Of a stretch of 64,000 bases of DNA, positions 12,766 through 24,875 are shown piece after piece. The stretch's first letter is position 1. Each line of letters starts with the position of its first letter. The notes under the pieces were generated by a model. The model did not search any database and had not been told where the DNA came from. It worked only from the letters and a program-made list of their open reading frames with translations. The position numbers and the translations under genes are program-made. The DNA is from Squalus acanthias. Lineage: Eukaryota. The stretch is taken from assembly GCA_030390025.1 (NCBI GenBank), contig CM059446.1:5952001-6016000 (forward strand), in the 5' to 3' direction.

Positions 12766-13584
12766 TTTGAATAACCTGAGACGAGTCCCCATCCAATTAT
12801 AATGGCTGCAATCAAACCACGATTACCCCGGCCTTCCTGAACCATGCGTGTCTTGCTTTGACCTGAGCTGTGACTATCAGATGGACTGTAATGAATATTC
12901 TCTGCAGCTTGAAAAATCAGCTCAAATTACCTAACTTGATAACCCCGTGTGTGTGCTTGTGGCCAACAGAATAAAAATCCCCCAAATTCACCCATCATAC
13001 GCACAAATAATCCTTCATTTTTGTGTCACTTTTTCTTAAAGCCAGGCTTCTAACTTTAAAAAAAAAGTTTCCTTATCTGAACAATAGTATTGAGTCTTGC
13101 CATCCAAGCTTCTTTGCTTTATCACTGGGCCCTCAGAGGAACAATTATGGTTCAATAAAGAAATATTTTGTCCATTAATCCAGGTCAGTCTTTTCCCCCC
13201 CAAAATAGTGTGTTTCTGGTCCAATAAAGGAAGTGATTTGTTTCTCCCACACACCAGTACAAAGAAAGTGAGCTGGCTTTAAATGGCATTTCATCTTTTC
13301 ATCCCTCCATGCGGCACTCCACCAATCAACAGCTGCCAAGAGCGACACTACAGGAGAGCCACTTCACCACTGATCAGACTCTTCAAGGAGAACCTCTACT
13401 TTGTCAGACTGGGAGAAGTGGGTCGTGTATCGCTGAACGCTGCGCGTGTGTCTGGGGGAGGGGGGGTATCTGGGGGGGTGGGTATGTGGGGGTTTGTATA
13501 TCTGGGGCTTGCCTGGAAGCCATTGAAGACTGTGTGATCCGGTGCTTGTGTGCATCCTGCCAGTGTATTAAGGTGCTGTATTAT

Positions 13585-14010
13585 CATAGGATATACGGCA
13601 CAGAAACAGGCCATTCTGCCCAACCAGTCCATGCCGGCGTTTATGCTCCACTCGAGCCTCCTCCCGTCTTTTCCTCATCTAAATCGATCCGCATAACCCT
13701 CTATTCCCTTCTCCCTCATATGCTTGTCCAGCCTCCCCTTAAATGCATCTATACTATTCGCTTCAACCACTCCCTGTGGTAGCGAGTTCCACATTCTCAG
13801 CACTCTCCGGGTAAAGAAGTTTCTTCTGAATTCCTTATTTGATTTCTTGGTGACTATCTTATATTGATGGCCTCTAGTTATGCTCTTCCCCACAAGTGGA
13901 AACACTCTCTCTGTATCGACTCCATCAAAACCTTTCATAATTTTAAAGACCTCTATTAGGTCATCCCTCAACCTTTTTTCAAGCGAAAAGAGCCCCAGTC
14001 TGTTCATTCT
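13585..14010 (-). mobile_element. CR1 LINE 3' fragment
   Basis: ORF 13675-14070 (RLGLFSLEKRLRDDLIEVFKIMKG...TRGHQYK). Confidence 0.9.
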
Positions 14011-14521
14011 TGGTAGGATGTGAATTCCTAAAGTGACCGCACAAGTTTTTTTTGAAGCCAGCTGGGCCACTTGGTCAGCACAGAAAAGCAGAGACAGAAA
14101 GGAAAACTCGAGGGGGATTTACCATGACTGCCCTCACCACCGACAGGCTGCTTGGTGAGAGCTTTGGCACAGGCCTGGGAGGAGATAACCTGTTCACCAG
14201 GGATGATGCTCACACTGGAGAAGAGGGGAAAAGGAAGCCTGAAAAGCTAGAAAACAATTATTATTACGGTAGAAAACCAGTAGGAAATGTTATCGTGTCA
14301 AAGCAATATCAGACGGTAAATGGCATTTTATAGTGAACTAGTGTTAAATCTGATTGCAAATGCATATTTATTGCAGATTAATTTTTTTTTAAGTCTATTT
14401 TTCTGCGTAGATGCAAGATTAAAAGTCACTCTTATTTGCAAGATGCTTTGAATCCCTCTTCCTCAGGTCGTACTCCACACCTTTGCATTGCGAGATGGTC
14501 TAATATTGCAGTTAAACCACA

Positions 14522-14748
14522 CTGGAAATCTGAAATAAAAACAGAAAATGCTGGAAATACTCAGCAGGTCAGGCAGCATCTGTGGAGAGAGAAACAGAGT
14601 TAACGTTTCAGGCGATGACCTTTCGTCAGAACTGCTGAAACGTTAACTCTGTTTCTCTCTCCACAGATGCTGCCTGACCTGCTGAGTGTCTCCAGCATTT
14701 TCTGTGTTTATTTCAGATTTCCAGCATCCGCAGTATTTTGCTTTTGTA
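14522..14748. mobile_element. Palindromic Penelope-type pLTR fragment (hammerhead family B)
   Basis: Inverted arms of about 90 bp (14522-14611 / 14635-14724) with a hammerhead at the centre on the - strand. Confidence 0.75.
14598..14633 (-). ncRNA. Minimal type I hammerhead ribozyme motif
   Basis: agtt-CTGACGA-a-agg/tcatcg/cct-GAA-ACGT-T-aact: catalytic core, stem I (agtt/aact), stem II, palindromic ACGT in place of stem III. Confidence 0.7.
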
Positions 14749-15062
14749 CTGGCGTTCTAAAAGTTATCTTCAGCCGCTGACATTTTATAATGTATAATTT
14801 CCTCCCCCCCCAACATCACCAAACACTGATCAACTGGTTATTAATGTCATTTCTGTTTATGGGATCTTGCTGATTATAAAAATGGTTGCTACACGACAAA
14901 GCAATTCATGGTATGTGAAGGCACAAAGACACTTGAGATGTGATGAGGCACGATAATAATTGCAGCTAATTGGTTTTATGACGGTGACAAACTGGCAGTT
15001 ACGAATTGTGGGAATCAGAGAAGTGATGTCAGAAACCCGACACCATCAGCTTGGACAGTATT

Positions 15063-15808
15063 GGCCCAGAAATTCGGGTCGGAGGCTTCCCGTGGGTGCA
15101 AGCATAGCGGGTGCACTTACATAGCACCGTTGTGCTGTGGGCCCGCGTGGGATTCCGATCCTGGGCCTCCTCCAGCTGCCGGTGTGCAGTGCTCGCGTAT
15201 CCCAGGGGCGCAACTAGTTCGCACCGTCCCCTGGGATCACGTGGTCCATGGGGAGCCAATCGGAGCAGGGAATCTCCATTCATAGATTTGACAGGAAGAC
15301 CTGTCAAATCTATGAATAGAGATTGGCCGCAAAACCTAAGTAAAACTTCAAATAAATTAAAAAAAAACACATTTTTAAAATAACTATAAATTACATTAAC
15401 TATTTTAAACAAAAATTTAAATTTTTGAAAAAATTCTTAAAGTTTTTAACGGGGCTAAAAATAAACTTACCTTTCTTTAAAGTATTTAAAAATGATAAAC
15501 CTGTGGAAAAAATGTTTAAATTTTACTTAATTCACCTCTTAACTTGTTAAAAGCAGGCCTTGCGCCTGCTTTTTCCACACGCAGCTGCTAGGGACTTAAC
15601 CGCACGGAGAAACCTGTATTTAAAAAAAAAAGCGGAAGTTCGCTGCGTACGCGCTGCCTCTCCCGCGCACGCAGTTGACCCGCGAACCCCTTCCTTCAAG
15701 AGACCGGAAGTTCCGGTTTCCCGTGCATGCGCGAAACCGGCACTTCCGGTAGCCCTACGGGTGAGTACACAGCGCGTACTCACCCGTAGGGACCCGAATT
15801 TCTGGGCC
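15063..15808. mobile_element. MITE with perfect 18-bp TIRs and internal hairpins
   Basis: ggcccagaaattcgggtc (15063-15080) and its exact reverse complement gacccgaatttctgggcc (15791-15808). Confidence 0.85.
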
Positions 15809-16367
15809 GATATGTGTGTAAATAATTTATGACCCGTGAATTACTTTATAGCTCGGTTTATGAAGTAAAATAAAAGCACTTATTCATAAAGTGTGAAAAT
15901 GACTTTACCAATTCCACAAAAATTTCTTTGGAAAACATAATGATTCCTTTGTCATTTTTAAAGGACCATTGAGTATTGGCACAGCTGAAACTAATCCATG
16001 AAGTTAGACGTGACAAACCTCATTAAATTTGCATGTATTCATTTTATGCTAATCGCTGTCCTCTGACTGATATTTGATTCTTGGTAATAGAGTTTTATGA
16101 CTTTCCAATTTGCAGAATGTGTTCTGTCTGTCACGGTGCCCTGCAGTCTCTGGAGCACATTAGTTAAGGACTGAAATATATATTCAACTGACCTTCAATT
16201 CCCATTCGCTGTGATAAACTAGCAATGTCATCCAACATGAAGATTTTGGCACAGGAGGGAATGGAAGGGATGGGATGTATAAAATTCCCACACCCAGTGC
16301 GTTTGGACAACAAAACCCCAACTTAATGGTTAAAGTAAGTTGAGAAAGATAAGGAAGCTGTTTATAA

Positions 16368-16548
16368 ACCGTCACGGTCGCTGGATCAAAATCCAGGAGC
16401 TACCGACCTAACAGCACTGTGGGAGCACCGTCACCACAAGGACTGCACGGCTTCAAGAAAGCGGCTCACCACCACCTTCTCAAGGGCCGTTGGGGATGGG
16501 CAATAAATGCTGGCCTTGCAAGCGACGCCCGTGTCCCGCAAAATAAAA
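16368..16548 (+). mobile_element. LINE family X 3' end
   Basis: Matches the 3' terminus of 36655-37205. Confidence 0.8.
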
Positions 16549-16611
16549 CATTTTCAAGTCCAAAGAAACCTGGAGAGTCCACAGCAAAATGGACCAAGTT
16601 GGGACCATCCG

Positions 16612-16955
16612 AGACTGGAGCAGGAGTCGGCCATATGGCCCGTCAAGCCTGCTCTGCCATTCAATAAGATCATGGCTGATCTTCTACCTCAACTCCACTT
16701 TCCTGCACTATCCCCATATCCCTTGTTTTCATTAGAATCCAAAAATCTATCGATCTCAGCCTTGAATACACTCAACGACTGAGCCTCCACAGCCCTCTGG
16801 GGTAGAGAATTCCAAAGATTCACCACCCTCCTGAGTGAAGAAATTTCTCCTCATCTCAGTCCTAAATGGCCGACCCCTTATTCTGAGACTGTGACCCCTG
16901 GTTCTTGACTCTCCAGCCAGGGGAAACAGCCTCCCGGCATCTACCCTGTCAGTCC
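16612..16955 (-). mobile_element. CR1 LINE 3' fragment
   Basis: Reverse complement of the 3' end of the long CR1 at 41833-44268. Confidence 0.85.
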
Positions 16956-17711
16956 CTCTGCACTGGCTCGTTAGCTCAGATTACATGCTCGAATGTTGGA
17001 GTGAGGCTTAAACCCACCATCCTTCTGATTAAGATGCATGAATGCTACCAACTGAGCCACACCCGACGCTTTGCTTTTGAAAGATTTTTTTCAACAGGGA
17101 GCAGCAGCAAAGTGTTAACTTACATTTTACACTCTGGCGGATTAGCTCCTGCGCGGCTTCCCATTTCAGATGGTTCCACGCCGGTAGTTTTTATCTGTTG
17201 CCTCAGCTACTGTTGATGATGTGAAGCAAACCAAGGGAGATCCATTAATTCGTATCAAAGTCTTGGGACCAACCAGACCCGCTCGTTATGTTATTGTACA
17301 TTGTGCACCATTCCAAAAGTAAAAGAGAATAAATATTTACTAAGAGACTGGGCAGAATTTATCAGTGCATTTGGTGTCGATGCTAATTGTGATGTGACCC
17401 ACTGCAAAATGAATCGCCTGCAGATCTTCTTTACTCTTATCCTGCTGTCCTGCAGCCTGGGGGAGGGGGGGGGGAGGCGGGGGGTGGTAGTAATGGCAAC
17501 TCTCTTAACCTCTTAAAACTTCCTGGACCTACAAGTTGCTTCCCGAGTGGTGCTAAAATTCAGCTCCTTCATTGGCTTAAATGCACCAATAAGGAGCAGC
17601 ATTTTTTGATCCTCCAGGCCTGGGTGGGGTTTGAACCACTTGGCCGCCAAACTGCAGGCTGGGCGACAGGACCTCGTGGGCCCCACAGACCTAGGGGACC
17701 ACTGGGCCCCC

Positions 17712-17975
17712 CCTCCAACCCTTCGAGATCTCTGCGCTCCTCCAATTCTGGCCTCTTGCACATCCCCCGATTTTCGTCGCTCTCCTCATTGGCGGCCGTG
17801 CCTTCAGCTGCCTGGGCCCTAAGCTCGGGAATTCCCTCCCTACACCTCTCTCTCCGCTTACGACGCTCCTTAAAACCTGGCTCGGTGTCAAATTTTGTTT
17901 GCTAGCGCTCCTGTGAAACGCCTTGGGACCTTTTACTGTGTTAAAGGCGCCGTATAAATGCGAGTTGTTGCTGTT
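17712..17975 (+). mobile_element. L2-type LINE 3' end
   Basis: Recurrent L2 tail. Confidence 0.8.
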
Positions 17976-18699
17976 GCCTGTGTGAAGACCGTTCAAAAGT
18001 ATTGAGTAGCAAGATAAGGGATTATTTCATGAAGCCATAATGTTGGTTCAGATACAAGAAATATTACTTATTTGTGAGCAGAAACTCTATGTATCTAATC
18101 TGCAACAAGTCACTCACTGAGAGAACATCAAAGTTGTCGTATTATATGAAGGAACAGAGGTTAGGTTTACTGATGAAGCTAATTTATTAACGCATGTCAA
18201 AGAATGGATACAGTGAAAGTGTTTTAATTAAATTCACACTTGCTGAGCAAATTTGAATCTGGAACAACTAATTTTGCTTGTCTGTATTTTAATAACTTGA
18301 CTACACAACATGTTTAACCGTCTTATTTCAACTTCAGTTCATAGCGTGTGACTTGACATTAGCATTCGCTAAGGGATTGGATCAGTAATGTGGTTCCATA
18401 CTCGAGCTCCAATTGTTTTCTGCTTCAGTAATTCCACAGAAAATTGATATGAAGGGCACTGCGATAACCTTTCACTTCTAGGGTATATTGACCGTCTTTG
18501 CAGGAAGACACTTCTGTTTCGAGAGTGTGGCTCACTCTCTGGAGTTGAACCCTTTGTGTGTAATCTCTCGGAATGGATGGTAGGAATGAGCTCTGTGCAA
18601 GGAACAAAGGAGGAGGAATAGACCATTTGACCCGCTGAACCCGCTGCACCATGGTTTTTTTTGCCGTAGCACCTCCTATCCTTTTCATCCCAATTCCTT

Positions 18700-18960
18700 A
18701 ATGCCCTTACGCCCCACCATTGGCGGCCGTGCCTTCAGCTGTCTCGCCCCCAAGCTCTGGAATTCCCTGCCTAAGCCTCTCCGCCTCTCTCTCCTCATTT
18801 AAGATGCTCCTTAAAACATACCTCTTTGATCAAGCTTTTGGTCACCTGCCCTAATATCTCCTTATGTGGCTCAGTGTCAATTTTTGTCTGATAACACTCC
18901 TGTGAAGCACCTTGGGACATTTTACTATGTTAAAGCCGCTATATAAATGCAGCTTGTTGG
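18700..18960 (+). mobile_element. L2-type LINE 3' end
   Basis: Recurrent L2 tail. Confidence 0.8.
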
Positions 18961-20339
18961 TGTCACTTTCCATGTAAGTATCTCTCTTTTAAACATCTCA
19001 GTTGATTTTGCATCGATGACCTTTTTGTTTAAACGTTCTTGCACTTTGTGAAGAGGTTTTTCTGACTGAATTCCAAACCTATATTTGACCCAATTGGGCC
19101 AGTTTGCCAAATGTCCCTGTGGACATTTCAGGTCTGCATGCACCTGTGTCTTCAATATTATTTACCTGGTACTGATACATGAAGAGAATGGCTATCATCT
19201 ATGGTTAGATAGATGGTCACAAAGGGAATAGTGTGAGTTGTGTGACATTCTTGGTGCACAAGGTTGTCAATCAATTTTCTTTTAAATCAATAGCATTTAG
19301 TTTCTATCCCTTGGTGGTCTGCTTCAGATTACTTTGCAGTGTTGAGGTAGATCTACAGTTGGAAAAGTTTTCCAATGTAACTTGGTAGATTGCAGAAATC
19401 TTCCAGCTTTACAAATATTCAAGCTTCATCTATTCCCAAGCAGAAAGCTGGGGTAGACCACTTGCATGTACTCACGCATACAAACACCTAGCCCCAATGA
19501 CTACATCCAGGGATTGTACACAGGTTAACACTTCTGTTACGATAGGACACATGGAGGAATTTTAGAAGGACACGCTAAGCATTTGTATGTTAGTACTGTA
19601 TTCACACTGTCTCATTTCAAGGTTGCGGAGTTCATGGGATCATTGTGTAATTAGATTTGATAATCATAATGGCCAAATTTCAGGTCTAGTCGAATTGTCA
19701 AGGAAATCTGTAATCCGCATAGAGGTGCTTGTAAGGCATGTTGTAAAGAAAGTCGGTGTCTACAAGTGATCTATACATGGCAAGATGCACTCACGAACTG
19801 TAAGGGCATAGCTAAGCTGAGGTTAATATTTCCGGTGCTCCATAAATACAGAGGCTGTACTGGAAGAGAATTAGTGGGATCCTGATGTTTAAAAATGGAG
19901 AAGATTCGGAAGCAGGGAATTATGGACCAGGGTCTAAGAGTGGCAGTGGGGAGAGTACTGGAGAACTTTGTAATCTCTTATTGATGCTTATCTGACAGGG
20001 AGAATTCTGGTGGAGGTAATTAGCATGGTTTTAGGAGCAGCAGTTAATGTACGAGAATTCTCGGAGGGTGGAAGCAAAGTAGTGGACTGGGTCTATCCAG
20101 TTGAAATAATTTACTAGGGTTTTTGGAAAGTATTTGATAGCGTTCCATGTGTAAAAATAATATTTTAGGATGTGGCATATGAGTTATCGGAGACATGAAA
20201 TCTGGTAAGTGTCGTATGTTTGAAAAAAAACAGGTGACTTTGAAACTATGGTTACCAAGGCGTTTTACCATTCGGGTTTTTCCTCGCCTCATGTCTGGGT
20301 CGGCCGCAGACTAATTGATAGAGATTGATTGCCATGGTT

Positions 20340-20653
20340 TTTTTTATTTTTTTTAAATTTTAATATTGAACAATTTATTTATGGTTAATGACATTACAGA
20401 GCCCAGGTCTCAGCTCTTTGTACAAAGTCACAAGCCATCATTCCCTCCAAGGCAGGGGTCCCACTCACAATTAAATAAACACGAGTACGAAACACAATAA
20501 ACTTGATCCCAGTAGTCACTTTAATCGCTCTCTCCCAGAGTGAGTTTGTCAAACGGGTAAATTTTCGGATGGCCCGTACAGGGATTAAAGCCGCGACCTT
20601 GGCGTTATTAGCACCACGCTCTCACCAACTGAGCTAACCGGCCACAAAGCGCC
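20340..20653 (-). mobile_element. tRNA-Ile-headed retroposed insertion (SINE or chimeric retrocopy) with A-rich tail and 15-bp TSD
   Basis: Direct repeat ttgattgccatggtt at 20325-20339 and 20654-20668; T-rich tract at the left end (poly-A on - strand); tRNA at the right end. Confidence 0.85.
20570..20643 (-). pseudogene. tRNA-Ile(AAU)-derived sequence, probably non-functional
   Basis: 74 nt GGCCGGTTAGCTCAGTTGGTGAGAGCGTGGTGCT-AAT-AACGCCAAGGTCGCGGCTTTAATCCCTGTACGGGCCA, matching vertebrate tRNA-Ile-AAT except for a damaged T-loop/B-box (GGCTTTAATCC instead of GGTTCGATCC). Confidence 0.88.
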
Positions 20654-21184
20654 TTGATTGCCATGGTTAGTCAACAACTCCATCGTCGTCGTTGTATCAT
20701 GTGACTATCAGGACGGTAGAAGGATAACTCGATGGATCCGGTTTAATTTTGTCCAGCACTTCCTATGATGCTTTTAAAGAAGGCTAAGGCTCGTAACATG
20801 AATGGCAGGTTAGCTGTCTTGGTAGAAATTGCACTTAGCAATAGAAAGTGATAAAAAATAAATTCAAAGAATTATTGGGTAATTTCATTACTCCCATGCT
20901 CCCGGTCAAGGGACCGTGAGATGGAGATGAAACTGCGACAGTGTAGTGCTAATTGTCAAACCTGTGCTTCCTTTGGGAGTGTTGGTTGAGTGAATTTATC
21001 TACGTAAGTAAGGAAATAGACAAGTCTCTGGTTAATATTTTAGGAGCTGCATCAATGAATTTCTTGTGGATGTTGAGTAGTCAAGTTTCACGTGGGTCTG
21101 CCTTAGATATCTGGTTGTTCTCGCTATTCATGTGATTGTATAGGAAGTTGCTTGTAATGTAAACTTTGCTGATGATTGCAAGCC

Positions 21185-21625
21185 ACAGTCACACTCGCGC
21201 CTCTGAGTCAGAAGGTTGTGGGTTCAAGTCCCACTCCAGAAACTTGAGCACAAAAACCTAGGCTGACACTCCCGGTACAGTGCTGAGGGAGCGCCGCACT
21301 GTCGGAGGTGCCGTCTTTTGGATGAGACGTTAAACCGAGGCTCTGTCTCTGCCCTCTCGGGTGGATGTAAAAGATCCTGTGGCACTATTCGCAGAAGAGC
21401 AGGGGAGTTCTCCCCGGTGTCTGGGCCAATATTTATATGTCAATCAACATCAGTAAAACAGATTATCTGGTCATTATCACATTGCTGTTTGTGGGAGCTT
21501 GCTGCGTCAAATTGGCTGCCGCGTTTCGTACATTACAACAGTGATTACACTTCAAAAAGTACTTCATTGGCTGTAAAGCGCTTTGGGACGTATGAGGTTG
21601 TGAAAGGCGCTTTATAACCAAGTTT
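21185..21625 (+). mobile_element. DeuSINE (SacSINE1-like)
   Basis: B-box gggttcaagtccc, Deu core (ggatgagacgttaaaccgagg...gtaaaagatcc) and L2-like tail. Confidence 0.85.
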
Positions 21626-21734
21626 TTTAGAAGCAGCACAACAGATGCTGCTCGGCAGTTAGACAACCTAGATTATGTTTACACCATTCCCCTGGTGGAC
21701 ATATCCTATTCTCTTCTCCCCTGCAAACAAACAT

Positions 21735-22605
21735 ACCTATCAGGAAAGATTGAACAGGCTGGGGCTCTTTTCTCTAGAAAAGAGAAGACTGAGGGGTGAC
21801 CTGATAGAGGTCTTTAAAATTATAAAAAGGTTTGAAACATAGAAACATAGAATCTAGGAGCAGGAGTAGGCCATTCGGCCCATCGAGCCTGCTCCACCAT
21901 TCAATACGATCATGGCTGATCATCCAAATCCAGTACCCTGTCCCTGCTTTAATCCCCACAGTACACATATCCCACCCCACCCCCGTAACCCCACGTATTT
22001 AATTCCCCCTAACATATCCCATCCTATCCCCATAACCCCACATATTTAATCCCCCCCTAACACTAAGGGTCAATTTATCATAGCCAAATCAACCTAACCC
22101 GCACATTTTTGGACTGTGGGAGGAAACCGGAGCACCCGGAGGAAACCCACGCAGACACGGGGAGAATGTGCAAACTCCACACAGACAGTCACCCGAGGTC
22201 AGATTCGAACCCGGGTCCCTGGCGCTGTGAGGCACCAGTGCTAACCACTATGCCACCGTGTTGAGTGGGTAGACGTAGAGAAGATGTTTCCACTTGTGGG
22301 TGAGATTCAGAACTAGGGGCCATAAATATAAGATAGTCACTAATAAATCCAATAGGGAATTCAGGAGAAACTTCTTTACCCAGAGAGTGGTGAGAATGTG
22401 GAACTCGCTACCACAGGGAGTGGTTGAGGCGAATAGCAGAGATACATTTAAGGGGAAGCGAGATAAACACATGAGGGAGAAAGGAATAGAAGGATATGCT
22501 GATGGGGTGAGATGAAGAGGGGTGGGAGGAGGCTCGTGTGGAGCATAAACACCGGCATGGACCAGTTGGGCCGAACGGCCTGTTTCTGTGCTGTACATTC
22601 TTTGT
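21735..22605 (+). mobile_element. CR1 3' fragment interrupted by a V-SINE
   Basis: CR1 sequence stops at about 21833 and resumes at about 22261; ORF 22294-22515 is the CR1 C-terminus. Confidence 0.85.
21834..22260 (-). mobile_element. Full-length V-SINE (HE1-like) with CR1-derived 3' tail
   Basis: On the - strand: tRNA head ggtggcatagtggttagcactgg...gggttcgaatc, V-domain gtgggtttcctccgggtgctccggtttcctcccacagtccaaa, then a CR1-type tail. Confidence 0.9.
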
Positions 22606-22875
22606 AACTGGGGAAAAAAGTGTTCTGTAATTGCCCAGTAACATCCCTCGGACTGTGGTACCCAGGAGCTGCTTGGTTTTATATTGCAGACAATCTATAT
22701 ATATCTCAATGGCATGTTATAAAATCAATGTGATATACTTTGTAGGTTTATTCCCTGAACATGGTTATTAAGAAACAATTTTTTCCTGGTTATCAAATTT
22801 GGGACCAGTTCTTAACATTAGGAATGGAACTTCCTGAGATAAACACTTTGTTTCCCTGTTATAAACAGATATTTC

Positions 22876-23186
22876 ATAGAATCATATAAATTTACAGCAC
22901 AGAAGGAGGCCATTCGACCTATCGTGTCCGTGCTGGCCAACAAAGAGCTCTCCAGCCTAATCCCACTTTCCAGCTCTTGGTCCGTAGCCCTGTAGGTTAC
23001 GGCGCTTCAAGTGCATATCCAAGTACTTTTTAAATGTGATGAGGGTTTCTGCCTCTACCACCCTTTCAGGCAGTGAGTTCCAGACCCCCACCACCCTCTG
23101 GGTGAAAAAAGTTCTCAACTCCCCTCTAATCCTTCTACCAATTACTTTAAATCTGTGCCCCCTGGTTATTGACCTCGCTGCTAAGG
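22876..23186 (-). mobile_element. CR1 LINE 3' end
   Basis: Near-identical to 6110-6425; ORF 22957-23268. Confidence 0.9.
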
Positions 23187-24051
23187 GAGGTCGGCTAACA
23201 TATTTCTGGTGACAAAAATAACACCTTATGGGGGAATTTCTTTTAAACGAGTACAAGTGTAGAGTCACTTGCTTATTATTGAATTCTCATTCGATTTAGT
23301 AATAAATTGCATTAACGCCATTTAGTGGTGGGGGGAGAAAACCCCATTACAGGGACCTTTTTGTGAGTGGCGATCGTAATGGTTGGATCTCAGTTTTTCA
23401 GTGTTTCAAGCAACTGAATCCGTGGCAGGTTACAGCCGTGCTATTTTTCTGCCCAGGTTAGCGGGTGCGATGAGTATTCAACATAAAGCTGTCAGGTTGA
23501 GAGAGGCCAAGTGGGGAATTGAGCCATAAATTAAAAACTTTCAATTAAGCAGTTACAACACAACTGTGGAAACAATTACTGGGTGAAATACTTAATTGGA
23601 ATTTCTCTGTTACACCAGCCAGCATTAACTCACAGTGAAGCATTTAATTTTCTCCTCTCCAACCTCCTTAATGCATTCTTGTGCAAACAGCAGTTTATAT
23701 TAACCGGCACTGTGATAGAGAGTTGTGCTGTTTACCCTACTGTGATGTTGACACTCTTATTGAAGTACTCAAATCTCCATGTAGCAACAAGCACAGCTTA
23801 TGCTTCACATCAAGAATTGTATAAACAGGGACTGTCGTCAATTCCAGCCCTGTATTGGGCAATGAAAGACTTGATTTTTGGGCAGGATAGATCACCGTCT
23901 CCCCATCTTAATTTCTCTTTGCATGTGCAGGTCATAGTTGAGAGTCTTAATCCCACAATCTGCCCCAAAACATATATGGTGCCAACTCTGGTGGAATGTC
24001 TCTGGTGGCCCAGCATCTATATAATATGTTCTTACATGGGTTCATTTGAAC

Positions 24052-24875
24052 AAAGAAAGAAAGACTTGGATTTCTATAGCGCCTTTCATGACCACCGGAT
24101 GTCCCAAAGCACTTTACAGCCAATGAAGTACTTTTTTGAAGTGTAGTCACTGTTGTAATGTAGGAAACGCGGCAGCCAATTTGCGCACAGCAAGCTCCCA
24201 CAAACAGCAATCTGATAATGACCAGATAATCTGATTTGGTGATGTTGATTGAGGGATAAATATTGGCCAGAACACCGGGGATAACTTCCCTGCTCCTCTT
24301 CGAAATAGTGCCGTAGGATCTTTTACGTCCACCTGAGAGAGCCGACAGGGTCTCAGTTCAAGGTCTCATCCAAAAGATGCCACCTCTGACAGTGCAGCAC
24401 TTCCTCAGTACTGGCACTAGAGTGTCAGCCTAGATCTTTGTGCTCAAGTCGTTTTAAAAAAATATTCGTTCTGAGATGTGGGCGTCGCTGGCAAGGCCAG
24501 CATTTATTGCCCATCCCTAACTGCCCTTGAGAAGGTGGTGGTGAGCCGCCTTCTTGAACCGCTGCAGTCCGTGTGGTGAAGGTACTCCCACAGTGCTGTT
24601 AGGGAGGGAGTTCCAGGATTTTGACCCAGTGACGATGAAGGAACAGCGATATACTTCCAAGTCAGGACGGTGTGTGACTTGGAGGTGGTGGTGTTCCCAT
24701 GCGCCTGCTGCCCTTGTAGGTGGTAGAGGTCGCAGGTTTGGGAGGTGCTGCTGAAGGAGCCTTGGCGAGTTGCTGCAGTGCATCTTGTAGATGGTACACA
24801 CTGCAATGGGACTTGAACCCACAACCTTCTGGCTCGGAGGCGCGAGTGCTGCCCACTGAGCCACGGCTGACACAA
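24052..24875 (-). mobile_element. DeuSINE interrupted by a LINE family X fragment (about 24452-24805)
   Basis: SINE body 24052-24450; the head resumes at about 24806 (tgggacttgaacccacaacc...ccactgagccacggctgacac). Confidence 0.85.

Noticed and set aside
12340-12845. Five overlapping ORFs on both strands
   Set aside because: By-product of the 23-bp minisatellite.
20570-20643. Functional tRNA-Ile gene
   Set aside because: The T-loop/B-box is mutated and it sits inside a TSD-flanked retro-insertion.
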